64,000 nt of DNA from Elusimicrobiota bacterium (GTDB taxonomy: Bacteria; Elusimicrobiota; Elusimicrobia; F11), in assembly GCA_044221725.1 (NCBI GenBank), contig JBGAON010000001.1:480001-544000 (forward strand), given 5' to 3'. A program made the translations under genes and the position numbers. Each line of letters starts with the position of its first letter. The first letter of the stretch is position 1. Below the pieces are notes generated by a model that was given only the letters and a program-made list of their open reading frames with translations, searched no databases and was not told the origin of the DNA. Positions 29,101 to 37,342 of this stretch are shown here, piece after piece.

Positions 29101-30077
29101 TTCTTGAAACCGGGATTCGTGATCAAGAAATTATTCAAGCGGATCCATCTCTTTTCTCAATCCAGAGTCCGAGCCCCGAAGAACGGATTAATATTGCGCT
29201 GGTTCCGAAATATTTTGAAGGCACGCCGGTGAACATTAATCGTATGACGCTCGTGTTTTTCTCCAGTACAAAAATGCGCTTCGCCGAAATTTCCGATAAG
29301 GACGAATTGAACTTCGCACGCATGGCCATGTTTTTTCCTGCTGCCGATTCTGAGCGTTTGGGGCAACGGGATCACGGGCCGTTTTTTAAGGTGATGGAAA
29401 TTTCGCAAGAAAGAGCGCTGCAACAAGTGGTGCAAATCATCAGCAAGCCAAAAACGAAGGAACACCCGCGACTGGGTCTCATGTGGTTCATGCCGTCGAC
29501 GTGGGGGTATGCGATCGCATCGCACGAAGCGAGAGCCGGAAGAATGCCCGTGGCGATTTCCTACGCTTTTGCCGCGTTCGGTGGTCTCATGGAAGAAATT
29601 TTAATTCGGCGAACCGTTCAGACGCTCGTTTTTCATGTTCCTTTTGGAACGCCGGATGTTTTTGTGTTCGCTGTTGTCTACGCGCTTCTTTTTGCGGTTG
29701 TTTTTCATCAATGGGTTGTTGATGAACAAACCGGCCAATTTCGGCGCGCCACCTTCGAGGAAAAGTCTTACTTTTTTCTCTTGGCGCTTACGATTGGGCT
29801 CTTCGGCGGGGCTGCCAGCAGTTTTGAAGCAATGGGATGGCTGCACGCGTTGATTAACGCGCTGATTGCCTCTTCGTCCCCGTCACGCAACACCGAATTA
29901 ACCGGTACGCCACTCAACCTTGGTGTCAAATATATTGACGCACGTCATCCGACGCCGCAGCCGCCGTTCGATCGCGCGCAGCGCGAGAGGGAAATTGCGC
30001 GCCGTGCGTTTGTCCCTGAATCACGCCGATATTTTCAGAATTATCGTCCGCGGCTCGCAGCCCTGCGCTCAAGCTAA
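23157..30077 (+). CDS. Giant 2306-aa multi-domain membrane protein: signal peptide, Tiki/TraB/ChaN-like domain, CPBP-like modules, sigma-70-like domain, unknown helical region
   Basis: Uninterrupted ORF; motifs QDIH/LEG/RDGAM/GGFH; EELVIR-FATVLH-HAFFN and EEILIR-FAVVFH-HALIN; KYDYHKGLNFNTLAGW and LSPKEEKALRLRYGL. Confidence 0.85.
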   Translation: MKNRLAPQKIIALFLCTVLFATHVAFAHLPETSLWSERRTGSSPWNAAIEGPRSVGTLCPDVSRSRMNGLFVGAMDLSSLNPFVTVRKVLKPAGHSKSVVLHIQDIHGNQEAQLNISRALQKLNEQKKIDMVALEGAYRIFDLSVFRQFPRPNTIRAVANYLLREKRISGPIHAMMTSPVVGVSVIGVDDANHYAANVQAVRDASSQKDNVQHVQSVQRIKLDSEKRKLFNAALLDFDRAVEAYRSEKLPFASYVKLLATGRSDVSPAVRDYLEVLRIEANINFSQVEIERDLLVAQIVSRNRVIAEQLHKMAFAFRAQQIDHEAFYLWLRDAARKSHVPIENFLVFKEYLRYVLLSDRIDVEAVLAEARQLEQQRFRWLVKTADERRLVDASKRLYLESKLVDFSLTKREWEEYEELIPHPALPTDKAWGGKLFFTNPKTSGGVLPLHVSSMGRVGWGIDAVNLSPFEQFYRQAELRDGAMANNFLNAQRSINNLPRTTSVLITGGFHSSGIDDALTKAGCTVVSIVPRVTSADASKASAYLSVFAQEKSPLEKLFEGQKLFLANDPMAPLIQFVEAPVEVALFEAANALSAGTETMLPLPADATLKIDRAGVGSAQGVLTRGVSVVPVELRANPNEILEMTDRSVSPSVARRAIGGVRRFFHWLLRKCGFVYADENAEWTSNLHLYEAGQLLLQRGAVGDVRGSSNNVGFVGMMPFNPFAVWYEEASERAEQGHRVWLPYVIAAMGGVFEELVIRNLLQFGILEACFGMSAWWSAFVYASLFATVLHSKIYTAESPTAVGVNYLLGWQRWILFALAVGLGSTGDLEVITLGHAFFNPLMRYIGGPLGMMTEPNNKKRAKPFDPDASILYTMHLFNHLDSEYRKLWNAPEPEMKNPMYARPGQRLFVKENLSVAERTQIDDLVDTLMKGQRGVPGAKPFRYMTTAEHLLIGKALRSNLRGEGAASNNLTEPQREFLRNLLVMWNMANFWTLTRKIPARSRNEVFQNVLLYVLRRIIYKYDYHKGLNFNTLAGWAATQEVSVHYREKHKLAVTKRVTAKDPDAFWEMQPEREKRSDDGLIEKLLKVLGRLSPKEEKALRLRYGLMNTKKGKSFAELAATLNMTVWAVQDFVDVAYAHLEREFARLEDFRFRHTDENIVRDLSPLEHRVLKLAYQSHAVFDDADIATLLNSKIRSNRPKLTPLQVKKIRKRVEYRILHGRFPPNPFGPPHSVFHNMMMLLGVPSSHMLKIVALFSIPLESGIIFLGLFAFEHSFWLQLLYMIGAGVLDFCIGYLGYKTSGSSLPITRLLIAHHFFVIAMYLCGWRLLARSEHDVLIFTVIASIHMLIDAVILWWQNIRNWFSSEPRLTDDPGTAEFHMDAMRDRDRVVINGLPDNHPVVRNQRNYEGKEFISEHRMNQNVESLPEGDLEKQEWLTAKIPLQKQAAAQFKKVVDAIPSVVPIVYSELARNFSEARATEAFARKAAEIQKRLLEDVAVVGVFTERRLMIPQLYPSRYRFGRLRMSRDQSVLYVPMQLFAEMRSPVEIEHFAFSFIFGLEWLDKYKRVKAEGKDSRRIHLAMHKLEERWNAKEKNFVNIRFRLRHFVDYLNYQFDYVRSYFKIGAEFRQLEAKYADITKELEQVVSRKKFRTVAHGGMDINRDLTAVRFFENRSTISRAQSDVERLVDKAELVGLFEIARKMILFGNYLYICETGINPALRTVPNIRLLARTRGYRQLIRLLRALKDRHIPFELGHRGWLSFVLPGPRDITYVPIGWGEVEMLLASTEKLLKSIFERQMEIIHKRSNYDIIAANWEIVQAALKEVREMCKQAIEAHDALEANLHRVANALLWIAGQLKPNETPRISDLKRLRLSVDNVALDIPLKDWFPFLTEKEFVSVLRDEKARTNFRLPSEKQVKELIRLFRFLGTPNLELKNLIGDVVLVVKDERDVQTVIDNFDDLNSAQLDSLTIIARNKKVKNLLERRFLETGIRDQEIIQADPSLFSIQSPSPEERINIALVPKYFEGTPVNINRMTLVFFSSTKMRFAEISDKDELNFARMAMFFPAADSERLGQRDHGPFFKVMEISQERALQQVVQIISKPKTKEHPRLGLMWFMPSTWGYAIASHEARAGRMPVAISYAFAAFGGLMEEILIRRTVQTLVFHVPFGTPDVFVFAVVYALLFAVVFHQWVVDEQTGQFRRATFEEKSYFFLLALTIGLFGGAASSFEAMGWLHALINALIASSSPSRNTELTGTPLNLGVKYIDARHPTPQPPFDRAQREREIARRAFVPESRRYFQNYRPRLAALRSS
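24411..24535. repeat. Palindromic element (family B) in frame in the giant gene
   Basis: ATACCCCACCCTGCCCTCCCCA...TGGGGAGGGTAGGGTGGGGTAT; 22-bp inverted repeat with one mismatch; translates as IPHPALP...MGRVGWGI. Confidence 0.88.
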
Positions 30078-30136
30078 ATCGGGCCAATTTTCATCCGCCT
30101 CTGGCGATCGTGTGCAATTCAGCGCATCATTGATTC

Positions 30137-31171
30137 ATGAATTGCCCGTCCTGTCAGTTCAACAACGTCGACGACGTCCGCTATTGTGGCCATTGCCGCA
30201 TGAGTTTCTCGTCACTCAATATTGCGTTCTCCCATGTGAAAGGTCATCTCGCTTGGATTTTTCGCCGCGCGAACGCCGGTTTTCTTTCGGGGATGGTGGC
30301 CTGGTTTTTTATTCCGGCGCTCAGTCGTGTGATCTCAAAGGAGGCAACGACCGCACTTCACTTCGGGATACAAGGTCTGCTCGGCGGTGCGTTTTTTGGA
30401 ACCGTGGACGGAATGGTGGAGGAATCCTCGCCAAAAACATTTCGGGGGGGACTTTTGGGCGCGGTTGGGGGCGCCATCGGTGGAATTGTGTTTGGTTACT
30501 ACAGTCCGCGCATGACGCCCGAACAAACCGGCTGGGGACTTTTTGCGTTCTGGGCCACGGCGGGCCTGGCCATTGGAATGGTAAGCGCTTTGTGGGAACG
30601 AAGTTTCAAAAAGATTTCCGCGGGCGCTTTGAGCGGGCTCGTGGGCGGTGGCGTGGGCGGTGCGCTCGGATACGCCGTGTACGCGTATCTGATTCAAGAA
30701 TTTAATCCGGAAGGCTGGCTGATTCGCCGACTTTGTGAAGGTTTTTCGGGCGGAATCATCGGCGTCACCATGTGGTTCTCGATTGCTGTGGCCGAGCGTT
30801 TTGTGATTTTCAAACGGCGCATTATCGAAGGAAAAAGCCACAAGCATTGCGATCACTGCGAGGCGCAGAACCCGCTCAATACGTGGTACTGCGGAAAATG
30901 TGGCAGCGTGCTGCAGCAATCGGCGCCGCCCGCGGCGCTCAACCTTTCACCGTTTCAAACGTTGGACCGCCTGCGTGGATTTTTCCGTTTCATGACCCGG
31001 CTTGCCGCAACGACAAGCGTCATCGCGGGGCTGGTCGTGTTCGTGGTCTTCCTGCCGGTCAACAAGATGCTCGCGTTTGTGGCGCTTGTTTTGGTCGTAA
31101 TGGCTTGCTTCTCGCTGTTGTTAACCTTCTCAGCGATCGCGGAAGGGATTCAGATATACATTAAGAAATAG
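30137..31171 (+). CDS. Gly-rich multi-pass membrane protein with two zinc ribbons
   Basis: N-terminal CPSC..N...YCGHC, internal CDHC..N...YCGKCG, Gly-rich TM helices between them. Confidence 0.8.
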   Translation: MNCPSCQFNNVDDVRYCGHCRMSFSSLNIAFSHVKGHLAWIFRRANAGFLSGMVAWFFIPALSRVISKEATTALHFGIQGLLGGAFFGTVDGMVEESSPKTFRGGLLGAVGGAIGGIVFGYYSPRMTPEQTGWGLFAFWATAGLAIGMVSALWERSFKKISAGALSGLVGGGVGGALGYAVYAYLIQEFNPEGWLIRRLCEGFSGGIIGVTMWFSIAVAERFVIFKRRIIEGKSHKHCDHCEAQNPLNTWYCGKCGSVLQQSAPPAALNLSPFQTLDRLRGFFRFMTRLAATTSVIAGLVVFVVFLPVNKMLAFVALVLVVMACFSLLLTFSAIAEGIQIYIKK

Positions 31172-31192
31172 CCCGGCCGTCATGGCGACGAA

Positions 31193-32362
31193 TTAGAGCT
31201 TGAGTTTCTTCAGGTTTTCTTCGGTCGGTTCGAACGGTTTGTTGAGGCACTTCTTCGCGGAATCCCACGATCCCCAGCGGCGCAGCTGCTTCAAGACGCT
31301 GTTGTAGTTCTTCACGGCATCGTCGCGTTTACCGAGCGCATCGTAACAATAGCCGCGATACAAATGCGACCACGTGAAGAACGGATCTTTCACCGTGCCG
31401 GCCGCGATTCCCGTATCAAATTGTTTAATGGCCGCATCCCAATTTTTTGATTTGAATTCCGTGACGCCGAGCGCAAAGCGGGACTGAACCGCAAATTCCT
31501 TTTTGTACGTCCCGTTGTCCACCTTCGCCTGCAAATCCGTGGCTTCGGCGCGAATTTTTCCCACGTCTTGGTGGTTGTACAGCGCAATGAAATGCATCAT
31601 GTGGATAAACGGACTCAGCGGGAATTCATTGCGAAGTTCGAGCAGAATCTCGAGCGCTTTATCCGGTTTGTTCTCTGGATTCGAATATATTTCCGCCAAA
31701 AAAAGTTTCGATGGAGTGCGTGAATAGGTGCCTTCGTACGCCGCCGTGGTGAGTTCTTTGAGGCCCACTTGCTTGTCGTTATTGGAACCGAGAAACGCCA
31801 GCACACGAACGACCGCCGGCAACGTTGCAACATAGTAGTCGAATATTCCGAGTCCCATGTTCGCGTCGGTCATTTGTGGATTTATCTTCAGCGCTTTGCG
31901 CAAATACTTGATCGCCTTTTTCCCGGTGAAATAGGCAGACATCCATTCCTGATTTGTCGCCTGCCAGCGTCCGAGCAAACCGCTCACGCCGCCCAATGTC
32001 AAATATCCTTCGCCGGTTGGGTCGCCTTTATCGATCTTTTCTTTCGAGAGCCGAATGCATTCGTTGCCAGCGTCCAGGAATGCTTTGCTTTCTTGGGGAT
32101 CCGTCTCGAGAACGTAAACGGACAATCGCCACCAGTGCACAGATGCTTTTCCGAAAGCAACCATCGGGTGTTCGGCCGCGTACGGCTTTAGCGTGTCAAA
32201 AATTTTGTCGGCTTCTTCGAATTCCAGGTTGTAAAGATGTTTCAGGCCGTCTTGGATGGATTTGTCCAATTCATCGGACGTCTTGAAAGGATTGGCGGCA
32301 TAAACCGACGTGTTGGAGAAGAAAAGCGTGAATCCGAGAAGCAGTGCAAATATTTTTTTCAT
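31193..32362 (-). CDS. Exported TPR-like protein
   Basis: Signal peptide MKKIFALLLG...YA; helical TPR-like repeats; DANMGLGIFDYY. Confidence 0.75.
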   Translation of the reverse strand: MKKIFALLLGFTLFFSNTSVYAANPFKTSDELDKSIQDGLKHLYNLEFEEADKIFDTLKPYAAEHPMVAFGKASVHWWRLSVYVLETDPQESKAFLDAGNECIRLSKEKIDKGDPTGEGYLTLGGVSGLLGRWQATNQEWMSAYFTGKKAIKYLRKALKINPQMTDANMGLGIFDYYVATLPAVVRVLAFLGSNNDKQVGLKELTTAAYEGTYSRTPSKLFLAEIYSNPENKPDKALEILLELRNEFPLSPFIHMMHFIALYNHQDVGKIRAEATDLQAKVDNGTYKKEFAVQSRFALGVTEFKSKNWDAAIKQFDTGIAAGTVKDPFFTWSHLYRGYCYDALGKRDDAVKNYNSVLKQLRRWGSWDSAKKCLNKPFEPTEENLKKLKL

Positions 32363-32368
32363 TCGTAA

Positions 32369-33160
32369 TTATTTTATGACAAGCCAGCCGACGATAAAAG
32401 CGGCAAGCGCAAGTCGATAGACGACAAACGGCGTAAAAGATTTTTTTCGCACATAAGTTAATAGAACGTGAATGGCTGCAAGCCCGGACAAAAGTGACAG
32501 CAGCATTGCTGTAAGAATAGCGGGATCACTGATATTGTGCACGAGGTATTTACTTTTTAATAATCCGGCGCCGAACGTGATGGGAATCGCCAGAAAAAAT
32601 GAGAACCGCACGGCCGCCTCGCGTTCGAGTCCGAACAAAAGCCCCATCGTGATGGTGACGCCCGATCGGGATACGCCCGGAATAATGGCAAACCCTTGCG
32701 CGACTCCGATGGCAAGCGCTTTGCCCCAAGACAAGTTTCCAAGGGAGGTGTCTTTCTTGCCCCACCGATCGGCCGCCCATAAACAGAGTCCCATCGCCGA
32801 CAACGTGATGACCAGCAACTTTGGCGACCGGAAAATCGTTTCGGCCTGTTTCTCGAATAAAAATCCGAAAATCGCGCCCGGAATTGTGGCCAGCGCGATC
32901 TTCCAGGGCAGCAGGTGTTCGCAGGTGCGTGCGCCTTGCAGCGACTCCATGAATTTCTGGATCAGCGAAATGACGTCTGCGCGAAAATAAATGACGACGG
33001 CCAACAGCGTTCCCCAGTGCAACGCCACGTCAAAAGCGAGTCCTGGATCGTCCCAGCCCGTAAAGAAAGGAAGAAGCGTTAGATGCGCTGAGCTGGAAAC
33101 CGGAAGATATTCCGTGAGACCTTGAATTAGACCGTACACCGCTGCTTGGAGGAGGTTCAT
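32369..33160 (-). CDS. uppP: Undecaprenyl-diphosphatase (BacA)
   Basis: QGLTEYLPVSSSAH, LHWGT, PGVSRSGVTI, RFSFFLAIP. Confidence 0.96.
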   Translation of the reverse strand: MNLLQAAVYGLIQGLTEYLPVSSSAHLTLLPFFTGWDDPGLAFDVALHWGTLLAVVIYFRADVISLIQKFMESLQGARTCEHLLPWKIALATIPGAIFGFLFEKQAETIFRSPKLLVITLSAMGLCLWAADRWGKKDTSLGNLSWGKALAIGVAQGFAIIPGVSRSGVTITMGLLFGLEREAAVRFSFFLAIPITFGAGLLKSKYLVHNISDPAILTAMLLSLLSGLAAIHVLLTYVRKKSFTPFVVYRLALAAFIVGWLVIK

Positions 33161-33233
33161 GGACGGATACTAGTACAAAACAGAAAATGCATCTTGTTGG
33201 CGCTGCGATTCGCTGTTAAGCTGGTGACGAAAA

Positions 33234-34163
33234 ATGAATCTTTCAAAGAAAGTAATTTCGAGCGTCGAAAAAGTTTTGTTGGGAAAACCCGAAGCGGTTC
33301 GACTTGCGGTCGCGTGTTTCTTGGCCGAAGGGCATTTGTTGATCGATGACATTCCTGGCGTTGGAAAAACAACTCTCGCGCTGGCGCTCGCGAAATCCGT
33401 CGGCTGTTCGTTTCAACGCATCCAATTCACGAGCGACATGTTGCCGTCGGACCTTATGGGTGTGTCGATTTTCAATCAGCAAAACCAAAGTTTTGATTTT
33501 AAGCCGGGCCCGCTGTTTCACCACGTTGTTCTCGCCGACGAAATAAATCGGGCTTCTCCGAAGACGCAAAGCGCGCTGCTCGAATCGATGCAAGAGCGCC
33601 AAGTTTCCATCGATCGAGAGACGTACAATTTGCCACGACCGTTTTTTGTGGTGGCGACCCAAAATCCGCACGAGCATCACGGCACGTTCCCACTGCCGGA
33701 ATCGCAACTCGATCGTTTCATGATGCGGCTCAATCTGGGTTACCCGAGCGAAGCCTCGGAAACGGCGATTTTGCGCGGCGATAGCATTGTGCCGCATGTG
33801 AGTTTGCTCGAATCGGTTACCGATGCGGCCAGTGTCGTTGCCGAGGTCGATCGCGTGCGCAAAGTTACCGTCGATGAAAGTTTGGATCGTTACATGGTTC
33901 AGGTGGCCCAAGCAACACGAAGTTCGTCCGCCATTGAACTCGCGCTAAGCCCGCGGGGCACGCTCGCGCTCAGACGCTGCGCCCAAGCGCTCGCGGTGAC
34001 GGACAACCGCACCTACGTCATTCCCGACGACATTAAACTCGCGAGTGTTCCGGTCATTTCCCACCGGCTGCGGCTTCGCGGCGGAAATTTTAACGGCAGC
34101 ACCTCGGTTGCCGCTCAGCACGTGGTCAAAGAAATTGTGGACCATGTTCCAATTCCTATCTAA
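33234..34163 (+). CDS. MoxR family AAA+ ATPase
   Basis: GHLLIDDIPGVGKT, RIQFTSDMLPSD, LADEINRASPKTQSALLE, FPLPESQLDRF. Confidence 0.95.
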   Translation: MNLSKKVISSVEKVLLGKPEAVRLAVACFLAEGHLLIDDIPGVGKTTLALALAKSVGCSFQRIQFTSDMLPSDLMGVSIFNQQNQSFDFKPGPLFHHVVLADEINRASPKTQSALLESMQERQVSIDRETYNLPRPFFVVATQNPHEHHGTFPLPESQLDRFMMRLNLGYPSEASETAILRGDSIVPHVSLLESVTDAASVVAEVDRVRKVTVDESLDRYMVQVAQATRSSSAIELALSPRGTLALRRCAQALAVTDNRTYVIPDDIKLASVPVISHRLRLRGGNFNGSTSVAAQHVVKEIVDHVPIPI

Positions 34164-35202
34164 GTTCCAATCCAAACGCCCCTTTAAACTCACCGGCGCC
34201 GGTTGGGTTTTCATTCTCTACACAATTGGTGTCGGTGCGGGCGCCATCAACACCGGTAACAATCTGTTGTATCTGGTGTTCGGTGTTTTTTTGGGCCTTA
34301 TGTTGGCGTCCGGATTTTTATCGGACTTAAGTCTCTGGGCCGTGGACGTCTCTTACACGCTTCCGCACGCGGCCGCGGCCGGCGAACCCATGTCGATATT
34401 GCTGGCGGTTGAAAACACGAAGCGACGCGTCCCATCCATCTCGGTGATCGTGACGATCGAAGGGAAGCTGCGCGGAAAGATTGTGCGGCTGCGGCGTTAC
34501 GTTCCTTATATTGCCGCGCGTGGTCTCGTGCAGACGCGCTTTGAATGGAGTCCGCCGGAGCGCGGACAATTTGAATTGCATCAGGTGCGTTTGTCCACAC
34601 GGTATCCGTTCGGACTTCTCGAGAAATGGTGGCGACTTCGCATGGAATACCACGGCGAAGAACGGGTGTTTGTGACGCCGAATATTTTCCCGGTAAATAT
34701 TGCGCAACTCCCGATTCGATCCTCTGGAAACGAGCGTGAAGATGAAACTCGGATGCGCGGAGAGAGCGCCACGCTGCTTGGACTACGTTCGTACGCGCAC
34801 GGCGATAATCCCCGGCGCATTCACTGGCGAGCCACCGCGAAACGGGCGCCCACGTCGGTGGCAGGTTCCGAATGGTTGGTTCGTGAAATGGGTCAGGAGC
34901 AAAAAGAGGAAATTGTGTTTCGCTCGCCGGAATTGCACCAGGTGAGGAACGTGGCCGATGAAGCGGTGGAGCGCTTTGTTGCGTTTTTTGCGTCGGCCGT
35001 ACGGGCGTCGCGCGCGGCCGGTTACGACGTGGCGATTGCGCTTGGTGGGCACCGCGTGCTGGACGAGGCGCAATTTTTCGCCACGTGGAACCCGCGTCAG
35101 AAAGCCGATGCTCAAAAAATTCTTGTCGAAGCGGAACTCTTACGATCCGGTGCGCGGGCCGTCGATGTTTGGGAGGCGTATCACGTCCAAAACGCTCGTT
35201 AG
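34144..35202 (+). CDS. DUF58 family protein
   Basis: GAINTGNNLLYL, TRYPFGL, LRSY..GDNPRRIHWRATAK; follows MoxR; start placed at ATG 34144. Confidence 0.88.
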   Translation: MFQFLSKFQSKRPFKLTGAGWVFILYTIGVGAGAINTGNNLLYLVFGVFLGLMLASGFLSDLSLWAVDVSYTLPHAAAAGEPMSILLAVENTKRRVPSISVIVTIEGKLRGKIVRLRRYVPYIAARGLVQTRFEWSPPERGQFELHQVRLSTRYPFGLLEKWWRLRMEYHGEERVFVTPNIFPVNIAQLPIRSSGNEREDETRMRGESATLLGLRSYAHGDNPRRIHWRATAKRAPTSVAGSEWLVREMGQEQKEEIVFRSPELHQVRNVADEAVERFVAFFASAVRASRAAGYDVAIALGGHRVLDEAQFFATWNPRQKADAQKILVEAELLRSGARAVDVWEAYHVQNAR

Positions 35203-37315
35203 ATCCGTTTGGTTGCTTGCGCTTATCAGTGTGCTGTCTGTTGTTGTGACGCGCGAATGTCAACCGCTTTTCATTGGCGTTTTCACCGTATTTTTTGTGA
35301 TTGGTGTGAAAATCGAAAAGTTCTCGCGGCTCGCGAACATGTTTGGCACGCTGCAACCGTATCTCGCTGCGGTGTTCTTTGCGGTGAGCGTCGTGGATTT
35401 CTTTTTCTTATCCAATTCGTTTCTTTTAACGGTGGCGCATTTTTTGCTGAGCATCCAGGGGCTGCGATTGCTGGCGCTCCGAACGAACCGTGAATGCCTT
35501 GGAAGTTTGCTGTTGTCGTCGCTCACAATGTTGTCCGCGTCGACGCTATCGGTCGAATGGACTTTTTTCGTTTTCTTGTTCGGTTTCCTGCTTGTCCTAA
35601 TTTGGACGTTGATACTTTTGACGGTAATCGAGGAAAGCAAAGCCGATGACTCGATGAACGGTGCTGGCCTGGTTGAAGAAACGTTTGTTTGGCGCCAGGT
35701 GACGCCCGTGTTGCGGGCGGCTTCGCTGTGCGCGTTCCTGCTCGCCATGCTGTGCTGCAGCGTCGTGTTTTTGGTTTTTCCCCGCTTTAATTTCCAAGGA
35801 TTCCGCGGGCAATTTTTGCAGCCGGTCCACAAAACCGGGTTCTCCTCGCAAGTTGATCTCGCTGGATCGGGCCGCATTTTTTCCGACGAATCGGTCGTGA
35901 TGCGCGTTGAGATTGATCGCAAAGACCAGCCGCTCTGGACCGGCTATTTGCGCGGACGTACGCTCGACACGTACGCAAGTCCGCTGTGGAAGAAGAGTCC
36001 GGACACGTCGCGCCGCATCTATCGCGCGGCGCGAAACGCGATTGCGTTGTCCGTTCGCAACACGGTTTTTCCAAACGTGCTGCATCAGCGGATTTACCTG
36101 GAGTCGATGGATTCGTCGCTTCTTTTTATGCACGCGGCTCCCGCCTCTGTTTCGATCGAGCGTCCCTTTCTCGAGGAATTTCCCGATGGTTCCGTTCAGA
36201 GAAACACCGGTGATACATGGCGCGTCAAGTACGAAGCGAACTCCATCGTCTCTTTGCTGGATCCGCTGACATTCGAGGCCGACGCCGCGAAGGTGACGCG
36301 GTCGGCGCGTGGTTTCGATTCGGAAGAGATTTCGCGAAATCTCATGGAAGTTCCGAGCGATCAAAAAGGGCGCCTGCGTTCGCTTGCGAACAGAATAATT
36401 GGGAACACGGTATTAGCGCTGGGCCGTGCTCGAAAAATCAACGCGTATCTGCGCACGCGTTACGCGTACACGCTCGACATTCCTGCGAAGGATCCAAAAA
36501 AAGATCCGGTCGCGACGTTCTTGTTTGAGACAAAGAAGGGGAACTGCGAATATTTTGCGTCGGCCATGTGTCTTCTGTTGCGGGCCGAAAAGATTCCGGC
36601 GCGCATGGTGACCGGTTTTCTGTCGCGCGAATGGAACGCCCACGGTTCCTATTACGTGGTTCGTTCGAAACACGCGCACGCCTGGGTGGAAGCGTATATT
36701 GAACCGTACGGGTGGGTGGGTTTTGATCCGTCACCGAGGGTGACGGAGACTCTGTCGCCGGGCAGCGCGCTTATCCGGCGATGGAGCGAATGGACCGACG
36801 AAATGAATTTGAAATGGAACCGCTATATTCTCAGTTATGACTTCGAGCGCCAGGTGGAAATTGTAAAAAGCGTTTCGAACGAGTCGGGAAAAATTTCCTT
36901 TCAGCTGAGCGGTTTCGCTGCGGTCTTCCGCAACATGTCTCACTTGTTTCGGCCCGGTTCCACGAAAGGCCGCTTCGCAAACGGCAGCGCCGTCGCCACT
37001 GGGTACGCCGCAACAATTTTGGTTTTGGCGATCGGCATGTTTGTTGTTTCGGTCATCGCGTTTTTCCGGCGTCGTTCGGACGAGCATGTGTGGTTTTATC
37101 GTGCGTTTCTGCGGCGGTTGGAAACCCGCATCGGAAAGAAGTCCGACACACAAACACTTCAAGAATTTGTGTTGGCCGGTCGGGAAAAACTGGGATTGGC
37201 CGAGGGAAGTGCGTTTTTCTTAATGAACGAGTACCACCGGCTTCGCTTTGGCGGTGGTGCCGGCTCCCAGCCTATCGACCGCCGCGTATTGCGCGAAAAA
37301 CTGCGCGAAATTTAG
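35165..37315 (+). CDS. TgpA-like membrane transglutaminase-family protein (DUF3488 plus transglutaminase core)
   Basis: N-terminal TM block, FLVFPR, TGFS, catalytic-triad motifs GNCEYFASA, HAWVE, FDPSP; start placed at ATG 35165. Confidence 0.9.
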   Translation: MFGRRITSKTLVRSVWLLALISVLSVVVTRECQPLFIGVFTVFFVIGVKIEKFSRLANMFGTLQPYLAAVFFAVSVVDFFFLSNSFLLTVAHFLLSIQGLRLLALRTNRECLGSLLLSSLTMLSASTLSVEWTFFVFLFGFLLVLIWTLILLTVIEESKADDSMNGAGLVEETFVWRQVTPVLRAASLCAFLLAMLCCSVVFLVFPRFNFQGFRGQFLQPVHKTGFSSQVDLAGSGRIFSDESVVMRVEIDRKDQPLWTGYLRGRTLDTYASPLWKKSPDTSRRIYRAARNAIALSVRNTVFPNVLHQRIYLESMDSSLLFMHAAPASVSIERPFLEEFPDGSVQRNTGDTWRVKYEANSIVSLLDPLTFEADAAKVTRSARGFDSEEISRNLMEVPSDQKGRLRSLANRIIGNTVLALGRARKINAYLRTRYAYTLDIPAKDPKKDPVATFLFETKKGNCEYFASAMCLLLRAEKIPARMVTGFLSREWNAHGSYYVVRSKHAHAWVEAYIEPYGWVGFDPSPRVTETLSPGSALIRRWSEWTDEMNLKWNRYILSYDFERQVEIVKSVSNESGKISFQLSGFAAVFRNMSHLFRPGSTKGRFANGSAVATGYAATILVLAIGMFVVSVIAFFRRRSDEHVWFYRAFLRRLETRIGKKSDTQTLQEFVLAGREKLGLAEGSAFFLMNEYHRLRFGGGAGSQPIDRRVLREKLREI

Positions 37316-37342
37316 CCGAGGTGCTCTAGCCGGGTTTTTTCT

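Noticed and set aside
33234..37315. MoxR-DUF58-transglutaminase operon as a novel system
   Set aside because: This three-gene arrangement is a known, widespread MoxR-associated cluster; nothing unusual seen here
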